Of a DNA stretch of 64,000 nucleotides, positions 17,618-27,780 are shown in pieces. Source of the stretch: Promethearchaeota archaeon (lineage in GTDB: Archaea; Asgardarchaeota; Lokiarchaeia; Sigyniarchaeales; SOKP01); assembly GCA_048941265.1 (NCBI GenBank), contig JBHLNT010000008.1, forward strand, positions 1,260-65,259. The letters run 5' to 3'. The position numbers and the translations under genes were made by a program. Every line of letters starts with the position of its first letter. The first letter of the stretch is position 1. The notes beneath the pieces were generated by a model, which was given only the letters and a program-made list of their open reading frames with translations, ran no database searches and was not told the origin of the DNA.

Positions 17618-17740
17618 TAAAAGCCACCAAGAATATTGGATTTAATTTTTGTTTTAATAATTAAATAATAGGTTAAGCTTAGTTTTAAATTTTCAATAAA
17701 AGACTTAATAATTTAAAGTTTGCGTTAGTTTAATTCAAAC

Positions 17741-18931
17741 TTATGCTGATATTTTATGCATTACATCTAAAACTTTTTCTACTTGGTTATCAGTAATTAC
17801 CAGTGGAGGGACGAGTCTTATTACAGTTAATCCAGCATTTAAAACTAAAATTTGCATTTTTTCGGCTTCTTGAATCATCTCATTCACTTTAGTTCGATAT
17901 TCAACCCCAATCATTAACCCTTTTCCCCTCACATCTCTTATGATTTGACAATCTTCTTTGAATTTAAGTAAATCTGAAATTATTTTTCTTCCTTGCTTTG
18001 CTGCATTTTCAATGAGATTTTCTTCCTGAATTATATCGATTGTAGCATTAGCAGCAGCACAGACAAATGGATTTCCTCCAAAAGTCGTGTTGTGTTCCCC
18101 TATTTCAAATTTATTGTATAGTTCTTCAGAAGCAATTGTTGCGCCCATAGGTAAACCTCCGGCAATCGCTTTAGCCAAACATATCACATCAGGTACTATT
18201 CCATAATGTTCGAACGCAAACATTTTACCTGTTCTGCCAAATCCAGTCTGCACTTCATCATCTACTAAAATTAAATCCTTTTCATCGCATAATTCCCTGA
18301 GAGCTTTTGGGAAATCATGAGGTGCTGGATGAACCCCTCCTTCACCCTGAATTAATTCTGTGAATATAGCAATAGTATTATCATTTATTAATTCTTTTAC
18401 AGATTGTATATCTCCAAAAGAAGCAAATTTAACATTTGGAGATAACCAGGGTAAAAAGGCTTTACGATATTGTATATTATGTGTCATTGCTAACGAACCA
18501 AGGGTTCTACCATGAAAATCTCTTTTAAATGCAACAATTTCGGGGTTTTTTTTGTCTCTTCTAGCAGCTAATACTAATTTTAGAGCAGATTCTACTGATT
18601 CTGTGCCACTATTTGATAGAAAAACTTGATTTAATTGTTTAGGAGTGATATCGGCTAATTTTTTCAATAACTTTGCTCTTTCTTCCACGGGAAATCCTGG
18701 GGGCACCATTACTAACTTATTAAGCTGCTTGTTCATAGCTTCAATGTATTTGGGATGGCTATGACCTATGTTCATTACAGCATGTCCTGCGACACAATCA
18801 ATATATTCCATCCCATTTTCATCATAAAGGAGAGCTCCTTCTCCCCGAGTTATAAGAAAATCCTTTTTTGGAAATAATTTTGTATGGTGCGATTTCTCTA
18901 ATTCAATTAATTTGGAATAATAATCTGACAT
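17741..18931 (-). CDS. class-III PLP aminotransferase (acetylornithine/LysW-lysine aminotransferase type)
   Basis: 396 aa with LSNSGTESVESALK, DEVQTGFGRTG and the PLP lysine in CLAKAIAGGLPMGA. Confidence 0.9.
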   Translation of the reverse strand: MSDYYSKLIELEKSHHTKLFPKKDFLITRGEGALLYDENGMEYIDCVAGHAVMNIGHSHPKYIEAMNKQLNKLVMVPPGFPVEERAKLLKKLADITPKQLNQVFLSNSGTESVESALKLVLAARRDKKNPEIVAFKRDFHGRTLGSLAMTHNIQYRKAFLPWLSPNVKFASFGDIQSVKELINDNTIAIFTELIQGEGGVHPAPHDFPKALRELCDEKDLILVDDEVQTGFGRTGKMFAFEHYGIVPDVICLAKAIAGGLPMGATIASEELYNKFEIGEHNTTFGGNPFVCAAANATIDIIQEENLIENAAKQGRKIISDLLKFKEDCQIIRDVRGKGLMIGVEYRTKVNEMIQEAEKMQILVLNAGLTVIRLVPPLVITDNQVEKVLDVMHKISA

Positions 18932-19095
18932 AAATATTCTTAAAATAGTTAATTCTTGAATGAAATTTGAAATTTTATTTGAATTATTAAAATATTTTAA
19001 AGCAAAAATATTTTTTCATAGTATCTGCAAAATTTTAAAAAAAAAGAAAGAATGATTAAAGTTTATTTTAATCGGATTATTAAAATGGTATAAGT

Positions 19096-19455
19096 CTATT
19101 CACTTGCCCTTAGTTTTATTAGTAAATATATACAAATTGGAACGACAATAATATCCACTATGACGTGAAAAACAATGAAATAATTAAAAACATCTTCATG
19201 GGTGAGCATCTCTATGAATCGAAACACACCTAAAGTTCCTCCAATCGCAGGAAGAAAAATACATAATAACAGCAAAATTTGACTATTACTGAATTTCAAG
19301 AGTAAGATTCCAAGAATTATATACATTGCTCCATATCGAGCTGCTGCTATTTGTGACAACGAAAATCCAAAAACAAACAATTGAAGAGTGTGTGTAATCG
19401 CAGACGCAATCAATAAAATGGCCGCAAGATATCTTAATTTATCTTCTTTTTCCAT
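19096..19455 (-). CDS. small membrane protein
   Basis: Four hydrophobic segments. The ORF opens at TTG 19482, but GGAAGGTGA precedes the ATG at 19455 (MEKEDKL...) by 4 nt, so I prefer that start. Confidence 0.6.
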   Translation of the reverse strand: MEKEDKLRYLAAILLIASAITHTLQLFVFGFSLSQIAAARYGAMYIILGILLLKFSNSQILLLLCIFLPAIGGTLGVFRFIEMLTHEDVFNYFIVFHVIVDIIVVPICIYLLIKLRASE

Positions 19456-19553
19456 ATTTTCACCTTCCTTTTTTATTTTCAATTTTTAAAATAAAATTTT
19501 ACTATTATTTAATTAAAACATTTAATTCTGATAGTATATAATGATTTATTTTA

Positions 19554-19943
19554 GTGATTAAAATGAAAGCTGAACATATTGCTGTAGCTTCTAATTCAGA
19601 AGCTGATAGTGACAAATTTTTCATTGATTTATTAGGTTTAAGAAAAACTCGTTCATTTACTGTTTCTACGGACTTAATGGAACAATTCTTTGATATAAAA
19701 AAAGACCAAACCATAATTAGATATGAAAACAATGAAATAAGTTTCGAGGTTTTTATTACTGATGATTATTCAAAAGCTAAAGACGTTTTCACTCATGTAT
19801 GCTTAATAATAGAAGAACGTGATGAATTTGTAAATAAATCATTATCAATGGGATATACTACGATAAAAGTTCCTCGAAAGGATGGCGTTGGATATTATTT
19901 GTTTATTAAGGATACTTATGGAAATCTATATGAAATCAAATAA
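19554..19943 (+). CDS. glyoxalase/VOC-family protein
   Basis: 129 aa with the H..V.....D...FY..LG beginning (AEHIAVASNSEADSDKFFIDLLGL) and C-terminal YLFIKDTYGNLYEI, which is typical of the VOC fold. The start is GTG 19554 or ATG 19563. Confidence 0.7.
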   Translation: MIKMKAEHIAVASNSEADSDKFFIDLLGLRKTRSFTVSTDLMEQFFDIKKDQTIIRYENNEISFEVFITDDYSKAKDVFTHVCLIIEERDEFVNKSLSMGYTTIKVPRKDGVGYYLFIKDTYGNLYEIK

Positions 19944-20134
19944 CATCCAAAACAGTTATAAATATAAATGAACAATATTTGATTAAATTTTTTAGAAAAA
20001 TCATTAGTTTCTATGCATTTTGGTTACCAAATATTTTTTAAATCAAAACTTATTAGTATGATAATCAATTTTATTTATTAGATAAGGTTAGTAGGTGCAT
20101 TTAAACGGCTAAGAGTTGTATTTTTAAAATAATC

Positions 20135-20884
20135 ATGGGTGGTGCGTCGAACTCTGGTAAAACGACTTTTATAAATGGCACATACTTTCCTTTTAATGAT
20201 GAGGAATTCTTTCACATAGGTGTTTCTTTTAAATTAATAGATTGCCTCGTTAACAATGAGGATTCCTATCTTCTCCAATTATGGGACTTTAAAGTTATGG
20301 CGCAATTCAAGTGTTTATATCCAAGTTTCTGTAGGGGAGCCAAAGGAGCTCTTATTTGTTTTGATGTATCAGATAAAAAATCCTTCGAGGAACTACATTA
20401 TTGGATAAAAACAATAAGACAAGTGGCTGGAAAAATCCCAATTATCTTGATTGGCACCAAGAATGATTTAAAAAGAGTAGTTACTGACCGAGAGATAAAT
20501 AAAATTATTAAAATTTACCAATTAGATGGGATTTTTTATACTTCAAAAGATAATTATAATCGCGAAACTATTTTTAAAAATTTAATAAAAAAATTGGATA
20601 AAATTTCTGTCAAGCAATTCGCTATATTCTTACCAGAATATGATAAGAAATTCAAAAATTTTATCGATTTTTTCTCATTCTGCCCCGTGTGCAAGCGTAA
20701 ATTACACTTTAATTATTTAAAAAAGTTTTTTTATAGCAGAAATGAAGAATCAATAAGATTAAAAGATTCATTATTATATTTGATTGATGAGTCAAATGAT
20801 TTCGATGATATGTATCATTATAATATTGAATTTGGAATACCATGCTGTAAATGTTATGAACAACTTTTTGGAGTAAACATTTAA
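20135..20884 (+). CDS. Rab/Ras-like P-loop domain with degenerate G3/G4 motifs fused to a C-terminal split zinc ribbon (paralog A)
   Basis: P-loop GGASNSGKTT. G3 position reads WDFKVMAQF rather than WDxAGQE, and G4 reads GTKNDL rather than NKxD. The C-terminus has CPVCKRK ...~55 aa... CCKC. It shares about half its residues with 21041..21841 by eye. Confidence 0.75.
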   Translation: MGGASNSGKTTFINGTYFPFNDEEFFHIGVSFKLIDCLVNNEDSYLLQLWDFKVMAQFKCLYPSFCRGAKGALICFDVSDKKSFEELHYWIKTIRQVAGKIPIILIGTKNDLKRVVTDREINKIIKIYQLDGIFYTSKDNYNRETIFKNLIKKLDKISVKQFAIFLPEYDKKFKNFIDFFSFCPVCKRKLHFNYLKKFFYSRNEESIRLKDSLLYLIDESNDFDDMYHYNIEFGIPCCKCYEQLFGVNI

Positions 20885-21040
20885 AAAAATTCTTTTTGCT
20901 TCATACTATAAAGAATTATCAAATGCTTTACTCGAAAATTAATTATGATTAGATAAAACATCAAAACATTTTTTAATAAGTATTATTATGTTTAGGTTGA
21001 GGTAAATATTTTTCAGGCTCTTGAGGGTAGTTTTTATATA

Positions 21041-21841
21041 ATGACTAGAACGTATAAATTAAAAATGATAATCGGAGGGGCTGATGGCTCTGGTAAAACT
21101 TCATTTTTAGATGGAAAAGCTTCTATCAATCTAGAATTCAATAATTTAGGTGTTTCATTTAGACCAATTGAATGTATTGTAAATAACGGAGATTCATATC
21201 AATTTATTTGTTGGGATCCTAATGTAAAGGAAAGATATCGTTTTCTTTTTCCAGTATTTTGCAGAGGTGCCTCATGTGCTATTTTATGTTTTGATGTGTC
21301 AGATCATAAGACTTTTGAAGAATTAAACTTTTGGATTAAAACAGTAAGAAAGAACGGGATAATTAATACTTATAAAATACCGATTGTTTTAGTAGGAACT
21401 AAAAGCGACTTAAATATACGTGAAGTTAGTGATGAGGAAGTTTATAGTCTAATTGACCAATTTGATTTAGATGGAATTTTTTACACATCCATTTATGATA
21501 AAGATCTCAAACAGAAAAAGGAGACGATTTTTAAGATTTTGATTGAAAAGATCGAGCCCTATTATCAAATTGAAGATTTTTCAATTTTCATTCCAAGAGA
21601 AGATGATAAATTTAAAGAATTTTTGCAGCACTTTTCAATTTGCCCAATCTGTGGAAACCAGAACCACTACGACGCCCTCAAAAAGTTTTATTATAGTAGA
21701 GAGCCAAGTCTGATAAACTTAAAAGAAAAATTATTAGATCTCATTGAAGAGTCAAAAGATTTTGGTGATACCTATTACAATGAGATTAATGTTGGAATTC
21801 CCTGCTGTAAATGTTTTGAAATGTATTTCGAAAATAAATAG
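21041..21841 (+). CDS. Rab/Ras-like P-loop domain with degenerate G3/G4 motifs fused to a C-terminal split zinc ribbon (paralog B)
   Basis: P-loop GGADGSGKTS. G3 position reads WDPNVKERY and G4 reads GTKSDL. The C-terminus has CPICGNQ ... CCKC. Confidence 0.8.
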   Translation: MTRTYKLKMIIGGADGSGKTSFLDGKASINLEFNNLGVSFRPIECIVNNGDSYQFICWDPNVKERYRFLFPVFCRGASCAILCFDVSDHKTFEELNFWIKTVRKNGIINTYKIPIVLVGTKSDLNIREVSDEEVYSLIDQFDLDGIFYTSIYDKDLKQKKETIFKILIEKIEPYYQIEDFSIFIPREDDKFKEFLQHFSICPICGNQNHYDALKKFYYSREPSLINLKEKLLDLIEESKDFGDTYYNEINVGIPCCKCFEMYFENK

Positions 21842-21868
21842 AACAAATCTTTTTTTGAATAAATTAGA

Positions 21869-22294
21869 TTAATCTAGATCTTTTATTATTCCGCTTCTTC
21901 TTATAATATCTTTATGATCAAATGCAAACTCTAAAGATGGAATTTTTGAAAAAGGCATAATTTCTAAACCGGCAGCATCATCTTGAGCTTTAGGCTCACT
22001 GCTCTTTTTTAAAGGTTCACATAAAAATGCAACTGTAACAACCAGACCTCTCGGATCGCGGTCCGGCCCTGAAAAAATACCGATTTTTTTAATAATTTTT
22101 ATATCTAAGTTTGTTTCCTCTTTGGCTTCTCTAATACACGCTTGCTCTGGTAATTCTCTTTTATTAACGAAGCCTCCAGGCAAGGCCAATTTACCCTTAA
22201 ATGGAGGATTTTTCCTTCTAATAAGCACTAAATTATTTTTTTTATATCGAATTACAGCATCGGCAGTTAATGCGGGATATTTATATTCAGGCAT
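21869..22294 (-). CDS. Nudix hydrolase
   Basis: Complete Nudix box GGFVNKRELPEQACIREAKEETNL (Gx5Ex7REUxEExGU). Confidence 0.9.
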   Translation of the reverse strand: MPEYKYPALTADAVIRYKKNNLVLIRRKNPPFKGKLALPGGFVNKRELPEQACIREAKEETNLDIKIIKKIGIFSGPDRDPRGLVVTVAFLCEPLKKSSEPKAQDDAAGLEIMPFSKIPSLEFAFDHKDIIRRSGIIKDLD

Positions 22295-22360
22295 TTTTAG
22301 ATTTTACTCTTTTCATAAATTTATAATAAAATTCTTTAATTTAAGAATTAAAAGATACAA

Positions 22361-23194
22361 TTATTCGTCCCAGACTTTAGAAGCAAGCAGATGATCTATA
22401 CGAGTCTTACGAGGTCTTATGAATTTTGTATGATGTTCTTTTCGTTCTAATAAGAGGCTTTTCTCTAAATTATTGGAATTCACAATAAAAACCTCTAAAT
22501 TACCCTCATCGAGAAAAATATGATTAAAACAAGCATAATCGTCTGATCGAACCTTATTTGAAGTAGAGGTACCACAATAAAGAAATGTTGTGCTTGAATT
22601 GTCTTCCCAATCAATAATATAAGCATGAGGCACATGACGATGTCCCATTAGAACTAAATCGACCTCAAAATACTGAGCGAATTCTAAAAGTTCACCAGCA
22701 TCCCTTACAATAGTGAATTTTTGTCCCGACATAGGAACAGGAATTAAATGATGGTGCAATGCGAGTACTTTATTTTCTAATTCTTTATATGCATTTAAAT
22801 ATCTTCCACAATAATCTAATTGCTCATCTCCAATAAGTCCTTCTGCCATGTCATCACTTGCACTGCAAAGTCCAACCACAATCGCATTTTTCTCTTCTAA
22901 ATGCATATAAGAACGTCGTGGTCCAATTAATTTTTCAAAAAAAATAAGACCACTGTTTTTTGCGTCATGATTTCCTGGCACAGCTAAAAATCTTGAAATT
23001 GCTTTAATTTCATCTATATAAGGAAGAATTTTTTTATATTGTACAATCCTTCCTTTATCAATGATGTCGCCTGTACAAATCACAACATCAGGATTACAGA
23101 GTTTTATATATTTAATAATATTTTTGATACATTCTTCTTTAAAGCCTGAACCATAGTGTAAATCACTTATCTGAACAATTTCGATACCCGCCAT
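22361..23194 (-). CDS. calcineurin-like metallophosphoesterase (paralog 1)
   Basis: The motif series is DLHYG, GDIIDKG, GNHD, HHH and GHRHVPH. Confidence 0.85.
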   Translation of the reverse strand: MAGIEIVQISDLHYGSGFKEECIKNIIKYIKLCNPDVVICTGDIIDKGRIVQYKKILPYIDEIKAISRFLAVPGNHDAKNSGLIFFEKLIGPRRSYMHLEEKNAIVVGLCSASDDMAEGLIGDEQLDYCGRYLNAYKELENKVLALHHHLIPVPMSGQKFTIVRDAGELLEFAQYFEVDLVLMGHRHVPHAYIIDWEDNSSTTFLYCGTSTSNKVRSDDYACFNHIFLDEGNLEVFIVNSNNLEKSLLLERKEHHTKFIRPRKTRIDHLLASKVWDE

Positions 23195-23319
23195 AATTAA
23201 TTCAATGATTTAATATTATTTATTTAATAGTTAAATAATAAGATATTAATTGAGTTAAATAAAAATATCTCTTGAGATATTTAATTCTTTTTTTATTCAA
23301 TGAGAAAAGAGAGTTTTTA

Positions 23320-24132
23320 CTAAAAAGTGTCTTGAAAAACTTTTGTTTGTATTAAATGATCGATTCTTGCTTTTCTCGGTCTTACATAGTCAACTACACC
23401 TCTTTTTTGTGAAATTAAGAGGTTTCTATTTAAAGTACAAGAATCTACTACAAAGACTTCTAATTCATCCTCATAAAGACAAATCTGATTAAAGCACGGA
23501 GATTCATCTGCTCTAACCTTATCGCTTGAAGTTGTTCCGCAATAAAGCAATACTGTATTTCCAAATCTCCACACATGGGGCACATGTCTATGTCCCATTA
23601 GTACTAAATCAATATTATATGCTTGAGCTAATTCAAGCGCTTCTCCCGCATCAATAAGAGTATCTCTCTTTGTTCCGGCATAAGGCACAGCAACTAGATG
23701 GTGATGAAGCGCCAGTACTTTAAGTTTATTTTTGAAATATTTTAAAGTATTAACCATCCACTCCAGTTGTTCATCTCCAAGCTCTCCTTCAGATGTATTA
23801 TCCCGAGGACTTCGGACACCCATTAACATAGTGTCTTTATCATTTAGATTTATTTTCCATCTTCTCGGTCCTATGTACCGCTCAAAGAAAACTATACCGT
23901 TGTTTTTTACATCATGATTCCCAATAACAGTAAAAATGGGAACCTTTATTTTTGTTAAATACTTCGCAATTGCTTCATATTGATATTTCTTAGCTTTATG
24001 GGTCAAATCTCCAGTGCATATGACTGCATCCGGATGAGCATCGTTAATATAGTCTATTACATTTAAAAGACAGTCTTCTCTAAACTCATTACTTCCGTAA
24101 TGTAAATCAGATATTTGTATTAATTCTACCAT
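23320..24132 (-). CDS. calcineurin-like metallophosphoesterase (paralog 2)
   Basis: The motif series is DLHYG, GDLTHK, GNHD, HHH and GHRHVPH. It is clearly similar end to end to 22361..23194, including the C-terminal RPRKxRIDHL. Confidence 0.85.
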   Translation of the reverse strand: MVELIQISDLHYGSNEFREDCLLNVIDYINDAHPDAVICTGDLTHKAKKYQYEAIAKYLTKIKVPIFTVIGNHDVKNNGIVFFERYIGPRRWKINLNDKDTMLMGVRSPRDNTSEGELGDEQLEWMVNTLKYFKNKLKVLALHHHLVAVPYAGTKRDTLIDAGEALELAQAYNIDLVLMGHRHVPHVWRFGNTVLLYCGTTSSDKVRADESPCFNQICLYEDELEVFVVDSCTLNRNLLISQKRGVVDYVRPRKARIDHLIQTKVFQDTF

Positions 24133-24161
24133 TTGTCATCTAACACGATTATTTCTATAAT

Positions 24162-24350
24162 TTATTTATTTCGAAAAGGTCTCATAGAAAAAAGTTCTTT
24201 AGCTATCTGATTTATTTCTTGATTGATCTGGTCTATTATAATACTTATGGATAGCTCCATTTTTGAATTTTGGAGGGTACCAATATAATAATATAAATTA
24301 CTAAAATCATCTTTTTCTTTTAATAAATCAAATAATAAATCTTCTTTCAC
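24162..24350 (-). CDS. small hypothetical protein
   Basis: 62-aa ORF only, co-oriented upstream of the phosphoesterase pair. There is no motif support. Confidence 0.3.
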   Translation of the reverse strand: MKEDLLFDLLKEKDDFSNLYYYIGTLQNSKMELSISIIIDQINQEINQIAKELFSMRPFRNK

Positions 24351-24568
24351 ATATATCCCTTTTTTCTTCCATTCTCAATAAAAAAAAGATAAGAGAGGGT
24401 TATAAGTGAATTCCTTATATTTTATAGGTTCATATATAGTCTATATAGATCCAATAATTAGATGTTTTATATTAATTTTAAGCAAGATTCCATAGAAAAA
24501 TCTACCATCAAAAATCTCCCTATATAGAAGAATAGATTTTCATTTTACTATTAAGGATTTAAAATATC

Positions 24569-27508
24569 TTACTGGTCCTTAAATAATTTCTTATTTACAT
24601 ATTTTTTTATCTCATCCATAGTTACATTTGGAGCAGATCCAGAACCAAAGTCTATTTTGCCACCCCCTTTTCCTCCAAAATGATCAACTGTTTCACGAAT
24701 GAATTTCCCCATATTAAAGCTTCCATCTTCTGTTGCTTTTGGTCCCAACATTCCTGTAACTGTTGTTCCTTTATTATTTTCACTAAAAAAAATCGTAATA
24801 TAGTTATCATCCATTTTTATTACGTTAGAACTAAGACTTTGAATATCCTTATTGCTTAAATTTCGAAATGATCCTAGAACAATTTTATACGATTCATAAG
24901 GTTTTGCGTTTTTAACTAATTGATTAATATATTCTGGGCTAGTTTGTTTTAATTTGGTTTTATTATCCTCCCATTCAGTAAGTAATTTTTGGACCTTAGA
25001 GGGGATTTGGTCTTTCTTTACGTTAAGAATTTTAGAAATTTCGGATATGGGTTCTCCCTCAAATGTCTCGGTTGAAATTAATTCCAGATCTGTTTGTTTG
25101 ACTTTACCACTTTTAAGGGCTTTATTAACTCTTTTCCATTTATCTAGTAATTCGCTAACCCTTCCAACAATTTTATTAGAATCAACATTCAATAGAGTTC
25201 CAAGTTCAGCAATTAACTTCTTATTTCTTTTTTTTAATTTTTCAGTCGCTTCTCCTGCTGTAAAAGTTAACCTTACGATCCCGTCCTGAATCTTTTGGGA
25301 TTTTGTTATTTTTATTTCACCGGTTTCAGATGTATTATTTAGATGAGTACCACCACAAGCCTCCACATCAACGCTTGGGACTTCAACTATCCTTACATAT
25401 TTTCCTGGAACTGCTCCTCCTTGATAAATTGCCATTCCGTATTTTTTTTCAGCCTCTGAACGCGGAATAAAATCAAGATGAAGATCAATCCCCTTTTTTA
25501 CGATTTCGTTAGCTTTATTCTCTATTTGAATAAGTTTTTCATTAGAGATTTGTTCATGATGGGTAACGTCCAAGTGAGAGTTTTTTAGTGTTTTTTTTGC
25601 TCCAGCTTGATTTATATGTGACCCTAAAATCTCCCGAGCAGCTGCATTTACAATATGAGTCGCTGTATGGTGTTGTGCGAGTTGCTTTCTCCATTCGTGA
25701 TCAACCTCTACTTTAACAGTATCTCCTTCTTTAAAGCTTGGTTTATCTTCTAGTACATGAATGATATGATTTCCTTGTTTGAATACATCATTAAATTTTT
25801 GGCCATTAATAGTTCCAATATCATGTAATTGCCCTCCTGATGTTGGATAGGCTACAGATTGGTCTAAAATTACCATATTATCAAGAATTTTTAAAACTTT
25901 TGCCTCATTGGAGGTTTCTGTATAATCATAGTAGTAGAGGGATTTGGTTTCAGGAATCCCCTCTAAATCTAATTCTATTGTTTTGGTAGTAGCATGAATT
26001 TGTTCAACTTTCTCATGCCTTTCTACGACTAATGAGTAAAAGTCATCTGGGATTTTAATTTTAATGTTATAATTTTTTGCAGTTTCTTTGACCATGTCGG
26101 GGCTAATTCCATTAGAATCATATAATTCAATCAATGTATCAGTAGAAATTTCACCTTTTTGCAGAATTTTTTCTAATATCTTTCCTGCTTTTTTCTTAGT
26201 GGCATAGAATTTTTCCTTTTCAACATTAAGAATTTCTCTAATTTCATCTAAATGTTCAGAAACTTCTGGAAATAGTTCTTTTAATTCTTCTGCGTGCCAT
26301 TCACATACATCTGCAATATCGATATTCCAATTGAATTTATTAATAAAGCTTATAGCACGTCTAAATATTACTCTTAAATTATAGCCTCCTCCCACATTTG
26401 ATGGTAATTTGCCATCATTTATGGCAAAAAGTAAACTTCGTGCATGTTCGGCAATCGAATAAAGAGCAGTCATGGGCATAATTTTTCTTTTTAATTCCTT
26501 TACATCAATTTTGATCTCTTTAGCAACGCGTTGCCAAGCTGCGTCCATATCGTCCACTTCATCTATGTTTAAATAAGCAGAATATTGAGAAAATTCATTA
26601 TATAAATCTAAATCTAAATCGATTTTTGTAATTTCTCTTAATTTTTTTAGAACATTTGGAAAAATGGCTTCATACATATTCGGTGTACCTTGCGAAAACC
26701 ACGCAACACGTTCTTGTCCTAAGCCCATATCAAGTACTTTAAGTTTTAGTTCTCTGGGACCTTCTGAAGTTTGTTCAAACATGGTATATACTTGGTTAAA
26801 TAATTCAACCCCTCTACTAAAAAATTCAAGGCTGCACCCAAAAGATCCTCCTCCCGCCCAAGAATCTTCATGAATCGTAATTTCTTCCTTAGCTAATCCT
26901 ACGCCTTTATGGATGAAATCGTGCATATCCATGAATAGTTGCCCTTGATTCCATTCTTCTGGTGAGACAAAAGCATGTTGTCCTATCATCACGAAGCCAC
27001 AGCAATGAGAGCCAGTCAAACCTACGTTCTCAATATCATTAAATCTTAAACAAAATTGGGGTATTATTAGCTTTTTTGCTGGTGGTTCTACTTCTCCGGT
27101 AATCACATAAGGTTGAAATGCGGAAATAGATGCAATTGTAAATTCGGTGGTTGGATTCCACCTCGCCACACATGGATATCTTTTTATAGGTTTATAACCC
27201 CTAGGTTCAAGAACTTCTACAATTTTTTTCCAAACATCGATATAAGATAATTTGATTGGAGATGGATTATCTATAACAACCTGAAAACCTCCAGAGCAAG
27301 CAGGATCCCCACAAACTTCTCTATCTTTATGAGTTGTCCAAAAATAAGTTCCACATTTACATAATTTTCGCATATAACCTAATTGTTTCAGTTCTTTAGT
27401 AGGAAAATACGAATCTGGGTCTTTAGATGCGATTTTTTTGAATTCTTTTTTTAACTCTTTGTCTGTCTTAAATCTTTTAAGTTGTTTTTTAAGCTGATCA
27501 GATAGCAT
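24569..27508 (-). CDS. alaS: alanine--tRNA ligase, archaeal type
   Basis: 979 aa. It has the N-terminal Cys-rich archaeal extension (CKCGTYFWT...CGDPAC), the editing-domain metal motifs HHTATHIVNAAA and CGGTHL, and a C-terminal DHHA1-like GGKGGG. Confidence 0.95.
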   Translation of the reverse strand: MLSDQLKKQLKRFKTDKELKKEFKKIASKDPDSYFPTKELKQLGYMRKLCKCGTYFWTTHKDREVCGDPACSGGFQVVIDNPSPIKLSYIDVWKKIVEVLEPRGYKPIKRYPCVARWNPTTEFTIASISAFQPYVITGEVEPPAKKLIIPQFCLRFNDIENVGLTGSHCCGFVMIGQHAFVSPEEWNQGQLFMDMHDFIHKGVGLAKEEITIHEDSWAGGGSFGCSLEFFSRGVELFNQVYTMFEQTSEGPRELKLKVLDMGLGQERVAWFSQGTPNMYEAIFPNVLKKLREITKIDLDLDLYNEFSQYSAYLNIDEVDDMDAAWQRVAKEIKIDVKELKRKIMPMTALYSIAEHARSLLFAINDGKLPSNVGGGYNLRVIFRRAISFINKFNWNIDIADVCEWHAEELKELFPEVSEHLDEIREILNVEKEKFYATKKKAGKILEKILQKGEISTDTLIELYDSNGISPDMVKETAKNYNIKIKIPDDFYSLVVERHEKVEQIHATTKTIELDLEGIPETKSLYYYDYTETSNEAKVLKILDNMVILDQSVAYPTSGGQLHDIGTINGQKFNDVFKQGNHIIHVLEDKPSFKEGDTVKVEVDHEWRKQLAQHHTATHIVNAAAREILGSHINQAGAKKTLKNSHLDVTHHEQISNEKLIQIENKANEIVKKGIDLHLDFIPRSEAEKKYGMAIYQGGAVPGKYVRIVEVPSVDVEACGGTHLNNTSETGEIKITKSQKIQDGIVRLTFTAGEATEKLKKRNKKLIAELGTLLNVDSNKIVGRVSELLDKWKRVNKALKSGKVKQTDLELISTETFEGEPISEISKILNVKKDQIPSKVQKLLTEWEDNKTKLKQTSPEYINQLVKNAKPYESYKIVLGSFRNLSNKDIQSLSSNVIKMDDNYITIFFSENNKGTTVTGMLGPKATEDGSFNMGKFIRETVDHFGGKGGGKIDFGSGSAPNVTMDEIKKYVNKKLFKDQ

Positions 27509-27780
27509 TTGTTTTCGATTTTAAATTGATAGAATTATTTAATGAATTTTCTCCTAAAACAATTTTGATTTTAGTTGATTTATTTAATAAATTAAGAAAA
27601 AGTAATCCCAAGATTAGAATTAGTTCTGATTAGATGAGAATCATATTCAAAAAATGATTTTAATTTAAAAATTAAAAAGGAATTTTACTCATGAGAACAC
27701 CGATTACTTCAAAAAAAAAGTCTGAGATTCCCTAAGATTTTTATTTTATTTATTATTTATTTCTTAGCAGCGTCCTTTTT

